This document shows, piece by piece, positions 48,146 to 58,795 of a stretch of DNA of 64,000 nt (position 1 is the stretch's first letter; each line of letters begins with the position of its first letter). The stretch lies in contig CAWAGQ010000003.1 in assembly GCA_963781585.1 (NCBI GenBank), forward strand, positions 288,001 through 352,000, in the 5' to 3' direction. This DNA comes from an uncultured Gemmatimonadaceae bacterium (lineage in GTDB: Bacteria > Gemmatimonadota > Gemmatimonadetes > Gemmatimonadales > Gemmatimonadaceae). A program made the position numbers and the translations under genes. The notes beneath the pieces are model-generated. The model was not told the origin of the DNA. It worked only from the letters and a program-made list of their open reading frames with translations, and made no database searches.

Positions 48146-49963
48146 TCAGCCGGTCGTTCCCGTCAGCAGGCCCTTCCTGATGCGCATCGCCCTGGGTGAG
48201 GCGTTCGCGTCGAAAACCACCGACTCCTGCACGCGGGTCGCGATGCGAACATGCATGGTCAGGGTCTGTGTCTGTCCGTCGCGCTGGATGGTGAGCGGCA
48301 CCGCCTCTCCGTCAGCCCGGTTGTACCGCGCCCGGAACCGGGCTCCGAACGACGCGTCGTTCACCGGAATCTCGCCGACCTGGAGCAGCACATCACCGGG
48401 CCGCACGCCGGCTTCGTCGGCCGCTCCCCCCGGCTCGATCTGCGTCACCTGCACCCCCGCCGAGTCCCCCTGGGTGTACACGCCGATCCGGGGCTCGCGC
48501 ACGGTATCGGCGTGCACCCGCAGACCGGCCAGCGGCAGCACCGATTCCCAGGGAAACGCGTCGCGGCCATCGATGTATCGGTCGTCGACGTCCTTGAACG
48601 ACTTTCCGCCGGCGGCGCGCGACACGGCGCCCCACCAGTCGTCGCCGGTAAAGCCGCGGCCGGCCTTGTAGGTCGTGGTATAGACGGCGCGCATCACGTC
48701 GTCGAGCGAACTGTGGTTGTCCGACGCGTCGCGAATCATGATGTCGAGCATCAGCCCGGCCAGCGATCCCTTGTCGTAGTAGACGTACTGGGTCCCGTCG
48801 GTGGGGTGTATCCACGTGTCGAGCGACGCGTCCTCCAGCGCCGTAGGCGGAAGGGCCGCCACGTTCTGCATCTTGCCGCTCGTGAGGTTCAGGAACGTGG
48901 CCGAGTCGATCACGCCGCCGCGCACCAGCGCCAGGTCCGCGTAGTAGTCGGTGATGCCCTCACTGACCCACAACCAGGGCGTCGGTTCGGCGCGATCGTA
49001 CCGGTACGGCACCATCTCGGCGGGACGCATGCGCTTCACGTTCCAGAGATGAAACATCTCGTGCGCCGTGATCGACGGAAACACGGGATTGCCGATGATG
49101 AACGGCGAGTAGATCCCCATGTGCGAGTTCTGGTGCTCGAGCGCGCTGGCGCCGCCGAATGCCGAATCGAAGACGATCTCGATCGTGTACTTGTCGTACG
49201 GCACTTCGCCGAATACGCGGTTCTCCTGCGGAACGAACTTCGCGATCTGGCCCCAAAGCTCCTGCCGTGGGGCGCCGGAGAACGCGCCGGCCGGATAGGT
49301 CGCCATCCGGACCCACTTTCCGTCCACCTGCTGACTGTCGACGTCGAACCGGCCGACGAAGAACGGCATGTCGACCAGGTCATGGTAGTTCCGTGCGGAG
49401 AATGTCCGCGCCCCGGCAGGCGCCATGCCCGTCTCGATGCCCCAGTCGGATTCGGTGCGGATCGTGACGGTTGCCGCGAAATCCATCGGCCGTCCCTCCG
49501 GATAGGGCAGCACGTTGGTGCCATTGAAGAACGCGAAGTCGCTGCGCGCCCAGGCCACGGCATTGTCCAGCGAATCCGCGGTGTAGTCGAACGACGCGGT
49601 GATCGCGGTGGCACCGTTAGGCAGGACCCGCCACGTATCGTAGTCCAGCTTGTCCCAGTGCAGCGGCTTGTCGCCCGCGACCGCGCCGAAATCCGTCACC
49701 CAGCGCGCGTAGTTCGTGATCTCGTATGCCCCCGGGGTCCAGGCCGGAAGCGACAGGAGCACTGGTTCGCGTCCGTTCGTCGTGAATTGCATGGTCACAT
49801 GGAGCACCCGACGTGGTGCCGTGGAGCGATCGAACTGTACGTCGTACTGCACGGCGCTGATCGGCGCCGACACCATCGCGGCGGGCCCGGTCGACGGGCG
49901 CTGGGCCGACGCCTCAAAGGCCACAATCGGAAGAATCAGGATGGCGAGCGCGCGGCTGCGCAT
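48146..49963 (-). CDS. M61 family metallo-aminopeptidase with PDZ domain
   Basis: LPAWTPGAY, ALEH, AHEMFHLWNVKR, LWVSEGITDYY, YYDKG; signal peptide from ATG 49963. Confidence 0.92.
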   Translation of the reverse strand: MRSRALAILILPIVAFEASAQRPSTGPAAMVSAPISAVQYDVQFDRSTAPRRVLHVTMQFTTNGREPVLLSLPAWTPGAYEITNYARWVTDFGAVAGDKPLHWDKLDYDTWRVLPNGATAITASFDYTADSLDNAVAWARSDFAFFNGTNVLPYPEGRPMDFAATVTIRTESDWGIETGMAPAGARTFSARNYHDLVDMPFFVGRFDVDSQQVDGKWVRMATYPAGAFSGAPRQELWGQIAKFVPQENRVFGEVPYDKYTIEIVFDSAFGGASALEHQNSHMGIYSPFIIGNPVFPSITAHEMFHLWNVKRMRPAEMVPYRYDRAEPTPWLWVSEGITDYYADLALVRGGVIDSATFLNLTSGKMQNVAALPPTALEDASLDTWIHPTDGTQYVYYDKGSLAGLMLDIMIRDASDNHSSLDDVMRAVYTTTYKAGRGFTGDDWWGAVSRAAGGKSFKDVDDRYIDGRDAFPWESVLPLAGLRVHADTVREPRIGVYTQGDSAGVQVTQIEPGGAADEAGVRPGDVLLQVGEIPVNDASFGARFRARYNRADGEAVPLTIQRDGQTQTLTMHVRIATRVQESVVFDANASPRAMRIRKGLLTGTTG

Positions 49964-50278
49964 GGGTCGTCCCCGGGGAGAAGTAGGCGAGCCGCTAAGT
50001 CTAACACGCCCGCCGCGCGACCCGCGAACCCGACACGCCAGGACGCGTCGCACGATGGGCGAAGCGCACGGATTCGAGGTCGGAATACCGGCCGCGGGCG
50101 CTCCCCGCCCGCAAAGTACTCGTCATGGGCCACCGCGACGCAGCCGCCTTGCACATGCCCCAATCGGGGCGCCGGTCGCCTTCACCGGACCGCGCGACAC
50201 GTCTGTCGAGGACGTCCTCTCGATGATAGCGTTCTCGGGCCATCCCCATCGCGCCGCCTCACTCCGGCACGTTCCGAC

Positions 50279-51346
50279 ATGCTCTCATCCGAGTCCCTGA
50301 CGTTTCTCGCACGATTGCTCGACACCGCCGGTCCCTCGGGCTTCGAGTCTGCGGCCGCGCGCGTGTGGCGCGACGAGGCACGTGCGTTCGCCGAGGTGCG
50401 CAGCGACGTGGCCGGCAACAGCATCGCCGAGGTGAATCCTGATGGCGCCCCCACCATCATGCTGGCGGGGCACATCGACGAGATCGGAGTGATCGTCACC
50501 TATATCGACGAGGACGGCTTCGTCTATATCGGTGCGATTGGCGGTTGGGACCCGCAGGTGCTCGTGGGGCAGCGGATCCGCTTCCAGGGACGCGACGGCG
50601 ACGTGGTGGGCGTCGTGGGGAAGAAGTCCATTCACCTGCAGCGCCCCGAAGAGCGCGAAAAGGCGGTGCGGCTGACCGATCTGTGGGTCGATGTGGGCGC
50701 CACCGATCGCGCCGATGCGCGACAGCGGCTGGCGGTGGGCGACCCGGGCGTCATAGACACGGGCCTGCTGCAGATGCCTAACGGGCGAATTGCCTCACGG
50801 GCGATCGACGACCGCATCGGGGCATTTGTGGTCCTCGAGGCGCTCCGTCGGTACGCCGCCGAACCCGGCCGCAGCCGCGTGGCCGCGGTGGCGACCACGC
50901 AGGAGGAGATCGGATACCACGGCGGCGGGGCCCTGATTGCCGCCTCCCGCCTCAACCCGGCCATGGCGGTCGCGGTGGACGTCACCCACGCCTCCGATCA
51001 TCCCACAATGGAAAAGAAGGAGGTCGGAGACCAGAAGCTCGGCGCGGGGCCCGTGCTGGCGCGTGGTTCGGTGGTGTCGCCGGTCGTGTTCGCCCTGCTG
51101 GTCGATGCCGCCGGGCGCCTCGACGTGCCGGTCTCCGTCCAGGCGGCCGGGCGCGACACGAGCACCGACGCCGACTTCATCCAGATCGCGCGCGAAGGCG
51201 TCGCCACCGCACTCGTCTCGATCCCGAACCGCTACATGCACTCGCCTAACGAAATGGTCAGCCTCGACGACGTGGATCGCGCGGTGGCGCTCCTGGCCGA
51301 GGCCTGTCGCGCCGTGACCACGGAAACGGACTTCACCGCGCGCTGA
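50279..51346 (+). CDS. M42 family metallopeptidase
   Basis: GPSGFE, AGHIDEIG, IGGWD, DDRIG, QEEIG, DVTH, RYMHSP. Confidence 0.93.
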   Translation: MLSSESLTFLARLLDTAGPSGFESAAARVWRDEARAFAEVRSDVAGNSIAEVNPDGAPTIMLAGHIDEIGVIVTYIDEDGFVYIGAIGGWDPQVLVGQRIRFQGRDGDVVGVVGKKSIHLQRPEEREKAVRLTDLWVDVGATDRADARQRLAVGDPGVIDTGLLQMPNGRIASRAIDDRIGAFVVLEALRRYAAEPGRSRVAAVATTQEEIGYHGGGALIAASRLNPAMAVAVDVTHASDHPTMEKKEVGDQKLGAGPVLARGSVVSPVVFALLVDAAGRLDVPVSVQAAGRDTSTDADFIQIAREGVATALVSIPNRYMHSPNEMVSLDDVDRAVALLAEACRAVTTETDFTAR

Positions 51347-51367
51347 CGCGGCGCGCCGACCGCGCGC

Positions 51368-52972
51368 CTACGCGAGCACGCGGCCGCTCAGGGCGCGGTC
51401 CGCCGCTTCCCGTACGGAGCGGTCGCGGTCGCCTGCCAGCCCCCGCAGCACGGCCTGCGCAGACGATGTCCCGGCCTCGGCCAGCGCGTGGACTGCCTGG
51501 ACGCGGGTCGCAACCGCTTTCCGGATCAGGAATCCTCCCGGCTGGGCAGCGCGCGCCAGGCGCGCCACCGCCTCCTCGGTCGGCATGTTGCCCAGCGCGG
51601 CGATCATCACCGCCTGAACCTCCGCGTCATGCTCCTTGTCCAGTGCCTCGATCAGCCAGGGAACAGCGCGGGGATTGCGCATGGCGCCGAGACCGAGCGC
51701 CACCTGCAGCCGTACCTCGGCCGCGGGATCATGCACCGCCTGAAGCAGCGCCAGGACCGCGCGCGGCGTTGCCAGTCTCGCCAGCGCGGTGACCGCCGCC
51801 CGTCGGACCCGGGGTTCCCCGTGTCCCAGAACGCCCGCCAGCTGCGCGTCCGCGTCAGGCGGCGCCAGCTCCCCGAGAAGCTCGGCAGCGTTCCGAACCA
51901 CGTACCATCGCGCATCACGCAGCAGATGGACCAGCGCCGGAACCGCCGCCGGACACTTCGCGAGCGCCGCCCGATACGCATGACGCTCGGTCGTCGAATC
52001 CGAACTGATCAGCAGGTCGATCAGCGCGTCAGCGCCGGATTCGCCCGCGTGCGCCAAGAGCTGCGCGACCGTGTCCCGCATCTCCCGACGATGCGGCAGC
52101 AACTGCGCGATGCCTTTCATGATCGCCGGGCGTTCGAGCCGCCGGATCGCGAACCGACACGCGCGCTTCAGCTCCCCCTCGGAGTGCTTCTCCCCATTCC
52201 GGTACAGACGATCGAGAATCTCGGCAACGTCCACCCACAGCCCCTCGCGCGCGCGCTCCTCGGCCGCGCGCGCGATGTCGTCGATCAGACGCGTCGCCGT
52301 CGATGAGTCCTTCGCCTCGTCGACCCGGGCAAGGAGATCCCTGAGCGGCATGCTGGCAGCCAGTCCAGGCACCAACTCCGATTCGAGAGTTCTGGTCTGC
52401 TGGTCAGCGATGTCCTCATCGAAATTCGGCGCCACCGCCGACCCGTTCGGCTGGCTCGGCGTCGGTCTGCTGGTGGTCGCAATTATCGGTGCCCCCAGCG
52501 GTGGCGTGCGCACCGGCGCCAGGATCGCGTTGCCGCTGATCGGTGTGGCGCGCCGCACGAACCCCAGGTCTCCGATGTGCACCGCCAGCGTCCGCGGCGC
52601 CAGAGCAACCACCTTGTCGTCGAACGCTTCTCCCTCGTCGCCGGTCACCGGCGAACCGGCGAGTGCGCGCGCGATCCCCAGGACTTCGTGCGGCGACGCC
52701 GCCTGTTCGAACTCGATCGCGCGCACGGAATGCGCCGACATGCGCATCGACAGTTCGCTCACCCACACAATGAAGTCGTTCAGTCGCGGATCCTGGAACC
52801 GGTTGGCCATGGAGAACGACAGGTCGGCCAGTACCAGCACCTGTCGCTTCTCCTCGAGCTCGCCGAGCGAGCGCCGCAACGCCTCCTTCTGCCGCTCCGG
52901 GTCCTCGCCACGGTGAACGAGCAGCCAGACCAGCTGTGCAAAATGTCGCGCAAACGCGGGGAAATCATTCAT
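51368..52972 (-). CDS. HEAT/PBS-lyase repeat protein
   Basis: D.RWYVVRNAA.LLGE and repeated D..VR..A..ALG units. Confidence 0.8.
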   Translation of the reverse strand: MNDFPAFARHFAQLVWLLVHRGEDPERQKEALRRSLGELEEKRQVLVLADLSFSMANRFQDPRLNDFIVWVSELSMRMSAHSVRAIEFEQAASPHEVLGIARALAGSPVTGDEGEAFDDKVVALAPRTLAVHIGDLGFVRRATPISGNAILAPVRTPPLGAPIIATTSRPTPSQPNGSAVAPNFDEDIADQQTRTLESELVPGLAASMPLRDLLARVDEAKDSSTATRLIDDIARAAEERAREGLWVDVAEILDRLYRNGEKHSEGELKRACRFAIRRLERPAIMKGIAQLLPHRREMRDTVAQLLAHAGESGADALIDLLISSDSTTERHAYRAALAKCPAAVPALVHLLRDARWYVVRNAAELLGELAPPDADAQLAGVLGHGEPRVRRAAVTALARLATPRAVLALLQAVHDPAAEVRLQVALGLGAMRNPRAVPWLIEALDKEHDAEVQAVMIAALGNMPTEEAVARLARAAQPGGFLIRKAVATRVQAVHALAEAGTSSAQAVLRGLAGDRDRSVREAADRALSGRVLA

Positions 52973-53268
52973 CGCAAGTTTCGCGTCCGTGTCGGACAGA
53001 CGGGGTCTGGGTGATAAGGGACAGCAGCATCGACGTCGGTTCGCTGATCGACGAGCGCATGCCCGAAATGGCCGGATCGGGCGGCCCAATGAGTCGCAAG
53101 GACTACGCCCGTGCTCGTAACACTGCGCAGACTCGAGAGATATGACGCACTTCCGCCTCCCAACGAAACGTTTTGCGGCGCAGTCCGAGGCCTCCCGTGC
53201 GAGCGGCTGGTTGCTCCACGCCGGGGTGGCTAACATTCGAGCCGATCTGCTCCCTCACCAGACGCCCG

Positions 53269-54612
53269 ATGAAACGCAACATCCGCCGCCCTCGCAAACG
53301 GGGGCTGCTGCTCGCGATAGCCGTGGTCGCTGCGGCCTGCCGGTCCGCCCCGACGATAACGCCGGCGCCAGCTCCTCCCGATACCGGGCGAATCGGCCGC
53401 GACATCCGGTACCTGGCGAGCGATGCGCTCGAAGGGCGTCGGACTGGAACACCCGGCAACGACTCCGCGGCGGCATATATCGCCCGTCGCTTCGCGAGCC
53501 TCGGGCTGCTCGGGCTTCCATCCAGAACCGCCGCCTGCGGGGATCGGGATGGGCACGACTGCGTCGCGGAATACGAGCAGCCGTTCGTCGCAAAGTCGGT
53601 CGCGGCGGCACATGCAGGTCTTCCTTCCGAGTCGCCCACCCAGAACGTCGTGGCGCTCATCAGGGGCACCGATTCGGCGCTCCGCGGTCAGTACCTCGTG
53701 ATCGGAGCGCATTTCGATCACCTCGGGCGCTCGACATTCGGCGCGCTCGATCCCGAGACGCCGAACGTCATTCACAACGGCGCCGACGATAACGCGTCCG
53801 GTACGGTGGCGGTGATGGAACTGGCACGGATGTTCGTGCGACAGCCGCCGAAACGGTCGGTCATCGTCATCGCGTTCAGCGGCGAGGAGCTTGGCCTGCT
53901 CGGCTCCCAGTACTTCGTGGATCACTCCCCGGTGCCGCTCGATTCCGTGGAAGCGATGATCAACTTCGACATGGTGGGGCGGCTCCGCGACGACAAGCTG
54001 ATCGTCTACGGCGTTGCGACGGCGACCGAGCTGCCGGGCATTCTCGCAGCGCAAAACGTGGCGCCGGCCTTCAGGATCTCCGCGGTGGGCGACGGGTTCG
54101 GCCCGTCGGACCAGAGTTCATTCTACGCGAAGAACCTCCCGGTTCTTCATTTCTTCACGGACCTGCACGAGGACTACCATCGCGCCACCGATGACGCCGA
54201 CAAGATCAACCTCGTCGGGATCGCACGCGTGGTCCTGTTTGCCGAACGCGTGGCGCGACAGATTGCCGACCGGTCCGCGCCTCTGACGTTCGTCCGCGCC
54301 CCGGCATCGGCGTCGCCGCCCACCGCCTCGCGCACGTCGTCGCGGGTGTATCTCGGCAGCATCCCCGACATGGGGGCCAGCGACGTTCCCGGTCTGCGAC
54401 TATCGGGGGTCGGCGCGGGATCGCCGGCGGACAGCGCCGGGCTCAAGGCAGGCGACGTGATCGTGGAAATCGAGGGCGCACCGGTGAAGGACCTGTACAC
54501 CTACAGCGACGCGCTCTACGCCCACCAGCCGGGAGAGACCATCCAGATCGTCTACCTGCGCGACGGCCGGCGTCTCACCGTTCAGGTGACGTTAGGTAGG
54601 CGCGGCGGCTGA
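53269..54612 (+). CDS. M28 family peptidase with PDZ domain, probable lipoprotein
   Basis: VAAAC lipobox, GAHFDHLG, NGADDNASG, GEELGLLGS, NFDMVG, DYH. Confidence 0.9.
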   Translation: MKRNIRRPRKRGLLLAIAVVAAACRSAPTITPAPAPPDTGRIGRDIRYLASDALEGRRTGTPGNDSAAAYIARRFASLGLLGLPSRTAACGDRDGHDCVAEYEQPFVAKSVAAAHAGLPSESPTQNVVALIRGTDSALRGQYLVIGAHFDHLGRSTFGALDPETPNVIHNGADDNASGTVAVMELARMFVRQPPKRSVIVIAFSGEELGLLGSQYFVDHSPVPLDSVEAMINFDMVGRLRDDKLIVYGVATATELPGILAAQNVAPAFRISAVGDGFGPSDQSSFYAKNLPVLHFFTDLHEDYHRATDDADKINLVGIARVVLFAERVARQIADRSAPLTFVRAPASASPPTASRTSSRVYLGSIPDMGASDVPGLRLSGVGAGSPADSAGLKAGDVIVEIEGAPVKDLYTYSDALYAHQPGETIQIVYLRDGRRLTVQVTLGRRGG

Positions 54613-54649
54613 CACCGGCGGAACACATCACGCCTTTCCCGAGCGCGGG

Positions 54650-54678
54650 GAAGGGGCTCGGCAGTGCCGAACCCCTTC
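54650..54678. terminator. GC-rich hairpin between convergent genes
   Basis: GAAGGGG-C-TCGGC-AGT-GCCGA-A-CCCCTTC; no clear U tract. Confidence 0.45.
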
Positions 54679-54706
54679 GGTCAGGCCCCCCCAAACGAAA
54701 ACGTGT

Positions 54707-55387
54707 CTACTTGGTGGTGCCGAAGCCGGCCACGTGGATGCTCAGATTGTGACTCGCCCGCAGCCCGTAGATGCCGTCGGTGGACACCAGCTTTCCGGGC
54801 CCCACCACCTCTGACTTCGGTGCGCTCCAGACTTCCTTGCCGTTGATCGAGCAGGAGATCCTGTCGCTTGATACCGTCATCGCGATGTCGTCCTTGGCCG
54901 AGCCGTTGTCGCCGGCCTTGGCGACCGCATCGTTGGGCTGCCGGCGGACCACCTGCTGCGTCTGGGCTCCATCGCGAATGATCACCGAGTAGTCGCCCGC
55001 GCCGAACACCACGCAGTAGAGGTAGTTCTGGTTGTCCGCGTCCAGATTGCTCCCGCCGATGAAGATGCCGTAGGATTCCTCGTGCGCCGTCGCCTGCGTC
55101 TTCGTCAGGTTCGCATGCACCGTGTAGTTGCCCTTTGCCACGTTCGCCGGATTCCAGAGGATGACGTGGGGACCGGTAGTGATGTGCATGCCACTGCCCA
55201 TGGTTGCGAATTTCGCCTGCTCGATCTGCTCACCGCGCTGCGGGAAGTCGACGCGACCGGTCCATCCCGACACGGAGATACCCGCGCCTTCCACAGCCTT
55301 GTTGGGATCGTTCTTCATGCCCTGCGCCAGGACAAGCCCGGGTATCAGTGCGAGCGTGCCCACCGTAGGTGCGACGAACCTGCGCAT
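54707..55387 (-). CDS. Secreted hypothetical protein (beta-sandwich, DUF1080/ConA-like)
   Basis: Signal peptide ending AQ; HITTGP, YGIFIGG, DGIYGLR. Confidence 0.7.
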   Translation of the reverse strand: MRRFVAPTVGTLALIPGLVLAQGMKNDPNKAVEGAGISVSGWTGRVDFPQRGEQIEQAKFATMGSGMHITTGPHVILWNPANVAKGNYTVHANLTKTQATAHEESYGIFIGGSNLDADNQNYLYCVVFGAGDYSVIIRDGAQTQQVVRRQPNDAVAKAGDNGSAKDDIAMTVSSDRISCSINGKEVWSAPKSEVVGPGKLVSTDGIYGLRASHNLSIHVAGFGTTK

Positions 55388-55523
55388 TTCGCCTCCCAGT
55401 TCGACGTTTTTCCTTCCATCAAGCTACCCCAGCAACCGTCAGAATAGAGCCTGACATCCCGTTCGGCCAGCGCCGGTTCGCAGTCGGGGCTGCTCTGATC
55501 GTCGAGAGCCGTAACTTCCGACC

Positions 55524-56414
55524 ATGCCACAGACTATTCCGTCCCCACGCGCATCGGGAACGACGTCCTCGACCGGTGTGCCACTCTACTGGTGTGCCTA
55601 CGGCCCTGCCGGCACGGACCGCGTGCTCGTGCTCCACGGCGGCCCCGGCGCCCACCACGATTACCTGCTGCCCCACATGTTGCGCCTCGCCGGGGACCGG
55701 GAGCTGGTCTTCTACGACCAGCGCGGTGGTGGTCGATCGCGGGGTCATGCCACCGAAGAAATCACGTGGCGCACCCACGTCGAAGACCTTCGACAGCTCG
55801 TACGGGAACTCGGACTTCATCCGCTGAGCGTGGTGGGCTACTCGTGGGGCGCGCTGCTTGCCCTGCTGTACGCGGTCGAGGCGATGCGCGACCACCAGTA
55901 CGAGCGACCGGGTCGCCTGGTGCTCATCGATCCGGCACCCCTGTCGCGCGAATACCGGGAGGCGTTTGAGCGGGAGTTTGCACGCCGGCAGCGAAGCGAG
56001 ACCATCCGTGAGCTCAGAGAGGAACTCGCGGAATCGGGGCTCCGCGAGACCAATGCCGACGCGTACCGGCAGCGCCAGTTCGAGCTGGGGGTCGCCGCCT
56101 ACTTCTCGAGGCCGGAGCGGGCGCGCGACCTCACGCCGTTCCGGGTCACCGCGCGCGTGCAGCAGTCAGTCTGGCGCAGCCTTGGCGACTACGACGTCAT
56201 TCCATGGCTCGAGTCCCTTCACGTTCCGGCGTTTTTCGTGCACGGCCGGGACGATCCCATTCCGATCGAGTCCTCGGAGCGGGCAGCGCGTGCCATGCAC
56301 GCCCGGTTGCTCGTCCTCGAAGCGAGCGGGCACGTGCCATATGTCGAGCAGCCGCAGGCGCTCTTCGGCGCAATCGAACAGTTTCTGGGGGACACCTCCG
56401 CGGGTCACGGGTAA
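55524..56414 (+). CDS. Alpha/beta hydrolase (proline iminopeptidase-like)
   Basis: LHGGPG, YDQRGGGRS, GYSWG, HGRDD, SGHVP. Confidence 0.88.
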   Translation: MPQTIPSPRASGTTSSTGVPLYWCAYGPAGTDRVLVLHGGPGAHHDYLLPHMLRLAGDRELVFYDQRGGGRSRGHATEEITWRTHVEDLRQLVRELGLHPLSVVGYSWGALLALLYAVEAMRDHQYERPGRLVLIDPAPLSREYREAFEREFARRQRSETIRELREELAESGLRETNADAYRQRQFELGVAAYFSRPERARDLTPFRVTARVQQSVWRSLGDYDVIPWLESLHVPAFFVHGRDDPIPIESSERAARAMHARLLVLEASGHVPYVEQPQALFGAIEQFLGDTSAGHG

Positions 56415-56417
56415 GTC

Positions 56418-56876
56418 ATGAACAGCGCGAACGAAAGCGAGGAGCTCTTCGTCACCACGGTGCCGGTCGACGGCCGCAGCTACAACGTGCACGTGACGAT
56501 CGAGTACGATGGCGTGGAGCACCTGGGCCATCTCTGGTTCAGTGATGAGGAGTGGGATGACGACGATGGTGTGCGCGATCACGGGAGCATTCCCGGGCGA
56601 TCCGCCGATGACGTGCTGGCGCACGCACGCGGGCTCTCACAGACCGAACTGGGGTTGCGCTATCGACGCGCCCTTGCCGAGCGGCGCCGCTACCACGGGC
56701 TTCGACAGGTGACGCAGGAAGTGCTCACGCAGATCCGGTATCTCAACAAGGTGGCGACGTCGATGCGGGCTGGATTGCTCGACCTGGAGGAAGCTGCCAG
56801 TGAGATCGACAGTACGGAGCAGCGCCTCCACCAGATGATTGGTCAGCTCAGACAATTCGCCGGCGTGCCCGCCTGA
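56418..56876 (+). CDS. Hypothetical protein
   Basis: Coding-like composition; YDGVE..G.LWF; follows the hydrolase stop by 3 nt. Confidence 0.75.
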   Translation: MNSANESEELFVTTVPVDGRSYNVHVTIEYDGVEHLGHLWFSDEEWDDDDGVRDHGSIPGRSADDVLAHARGLSQTELGLRYRRALAERRRYHGLRQVTQEVLTQIRYLNKVATSMRAGLLDLEEAASEIDSTEQRLHQMIGQLRQFAGVPA

Positions 56877-57294
56877 TTGCAGCAGCACGGCCGGCGCACA
56901 TGTCGCGCGCGCCGGACCAGGGTGTCGGGTGGCATCCGGCGGTCGGCGGCGGCGCGACGGCCGCTATATTCCGCTTCCATGCTTCGACATCATATGTGCG
57001 GATCTCCCGAGCACCCGGCGGGGAAGACTCCCCGCCCGGCGCGTGCGCGTGTCGGCGGAACGCCGGGCGCGGGCATTGGCGAGTAAGAACCGAACTGGCC
57101 CGCGGCAGCCGTTCTCACAGCGGCGCCCGAAGGTTGCCGCGACGCGGGTTCGCGATGGGCGCGCGAAGGGCCGCGTCCGTGGGGCCCCCCCCCCAAAAAC
57201 GAAAATAGTCGCCGGCGCGCGCTCCGCCCTCACCAAAACTCCGCCCTCCAAATCCCCCCATCGCACCCATCTCCTTCGTGGACCCAGAAGGAGC

Positions 57295-57939
57295 GTGCCG
57301 GGAGCGGAACTCCCACGGTACGCGCGTGAGGTGTACCGACGGTTGCTTCGCGCGTATCCGGATGCCCACTGCGAGCTCGACCACCGGAATGCCTGGGAGC
57401 TGATCGTCGCCACCATCCTGAGTGCGCAGTGCACCGACAAGCGGGTGAACATGGTGACCCCAACCCTGTTCGCGAAGTACCCGACCCCGTCCTCGCTGGC
57501 CCGCGCGCCCCAGGCCGATGTGGAGGAGATCATCAGGAGCACCGGCTTCTTCCGCAACAAGGCGAAGAGCATCATCGGGATGGCCGGAGCCCTCACCGAC
57601 CACCATGCGGAGCGGGTGCCCCACACGATGGCCGAGCTGGTACAACTGCCGGGGGTGGGCCGCAAGACGGCCAACGTCGTGCTCGGGAACGCATTCGACG
57701 TGAATGAAGGCATCGTCGTCGATACCCACGTCCAGCGGCTCTCCGTTCGACTCGGCCTAACGAGGGAATCGGAACCCGGCCCGATCGAGCGGGACCTGAT
57801 GGCCCTGTTCCCCAGGGCGCAGTGGACCATGCTCGCCCACCTGCTCATCTGGCATGGCCGACGCGTTTGCGACGCCAGGCGGCCACATTGCGAGATCTGC
57901 GTCCTGACCGACATCTGTCCCTCGTCGACCGTTTCGTAG
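57295..57939 (+). CDS. nth: Endonuclease III (start uncertain, may extend upstream)
   Basis: ATILSAQCTDKRVN, LPGVGRKTANVV (HhH), VDTHV, C-X6-C-X2-C-X5-C. Confidence 0.93.
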   Translation: MPGAELPRYAREVYRRLLRAYPDAHCELDHRNAWELIVATILSAQCTDKRVNMVTPTLFAKYPTPSSLARAPQADVEEIIRSTGFFRNKAKSIIGMAGALTDHHAERVPHTMAELVQLPGVGRKTANVVLGNAFDVNEGIVVDTHVQRLSVRLGLTRESEPGPIERDLMALFPRAQWTMLAHLLIWHGRRVCDARRPHCEICVLTDICPSSTVS

Positions 57940-58119
57940 TTCGCCTCCATCTCATTACGTTTCCGATTCGCGACCGTCCGGCCCGCCCGGTCGCAGGGAC
58001 GCTTGTGACCGCTCCGACCGGTCGTGAGGAGGTCGCAGCGAGGGTGCCGGCTCCGCGCGGCGGTTCGCACTCCTCTGACGTCCCTTGAACACCTCAGCCT
58101 TCCCTTCTTCACTCGCATC

Positions 58120-58578
58120 ATGAAATCAGCCACGCTGGAAACCTCCCAGGGCACCTTGGTCCTGGAACTCTTCGACGAGGACGCACCCAACACGGTCGCG
58201 AATTTCGAGAAGCTCGCCAACAGCGGCTTCTACGACGGCACGCGCTTCCATCGCGTGATCGCCGACTTCGTCGTTCAGGGCGGTGATCCCTACTCCAAGG
58301 GCGGCGAACACGCCAAGGGGCCGGTGGGAACGGGTGGCCCCGGATACAAGATCAAGTGCGAAACGGCCGGGAACCCGCATCGGCACAAGGTCGGTGCACT
58401 CTCCATGGCCCACGCCGGCAAGGACACCGGCGGCAGCCAGTTCTTCCTCGCACTCAGCGAGCAGAACACGCGACACCTGGACGGTGTGCACACCGTGTTC
58501 GGGCAGGTCACCTCAGGGCTCGACGTACTGCCCAAAATCCGGCAGAATGATGTTCTCACGTCGGCACGCGTCAGCTGA
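58120..58578 (+). CDS. Cyclophilin-type peptidyl-prolyl isomerase
   Basis: [40 protein letters not shown]. Confidence 0.95.
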   Translation: MKSATLETSQGTLVLELFDEDAPNTVANFEKLANSGFYDGTRFHRVIADFVVQGGDPYSKGGEHAKGPVGTGGPGYKIKCETAGNPHRHKVGALSMAHAGKDTGGSQFFLALSEQNTRHLDGVHTVFGQVTSGLDVLPKIRQNDVLTSARVS

Positions 58579-58602
58579 CACTCACCTCTCTCCGGTTCTG
58601 AC

Positions 58603-58755
58603 ATGTCGGAACACCAGACGTCGGACAAGAAAGCGGCGTACATCGGCCTCGTGGTCACCGCCGTCCTGCTCGTTCTCATGAGCTTCACCATCGTTCAGCT
58701 GACCAACCACAAGTACGCGGGCCGCGAAGGGCAGCACGCCGCAACCGCGAAGTAG
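58603..58755 (+). CDS. 50-aa single-TM small protein
   Basis: MSEHQTSDKKAAYIGLVVTAVLLVLMSFTIVQLTNHKYAGREGQHAATAK*; GC-rich third positions; below the ORF-track cutoff. Confidence 0.75.
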   Translation: MSEHQTSDKKAAYIGLVVTAVLLVLMSFTIVQLTNHKYAGREGQHAATAK

Positions 58756-58795
58756 CGGCGAGCCCCGGAGGAGTCGCGACCAGTCTCCAACGGGC

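Noticed and set aside
48251..50278. 676-aa N-terminal extension on the M42 peptidase
   Set aside because: Antisense shadow of the M61 peptidase gene; M42 homology begins at ATG 50279
57181..57206. C10 tract upstream of nth as a phase-variation site, and its resemblance to 54684-54701
   Set aside because: It may lie outside the true CDS, homopolymer length is unreliable, and the similarity is low-complexity
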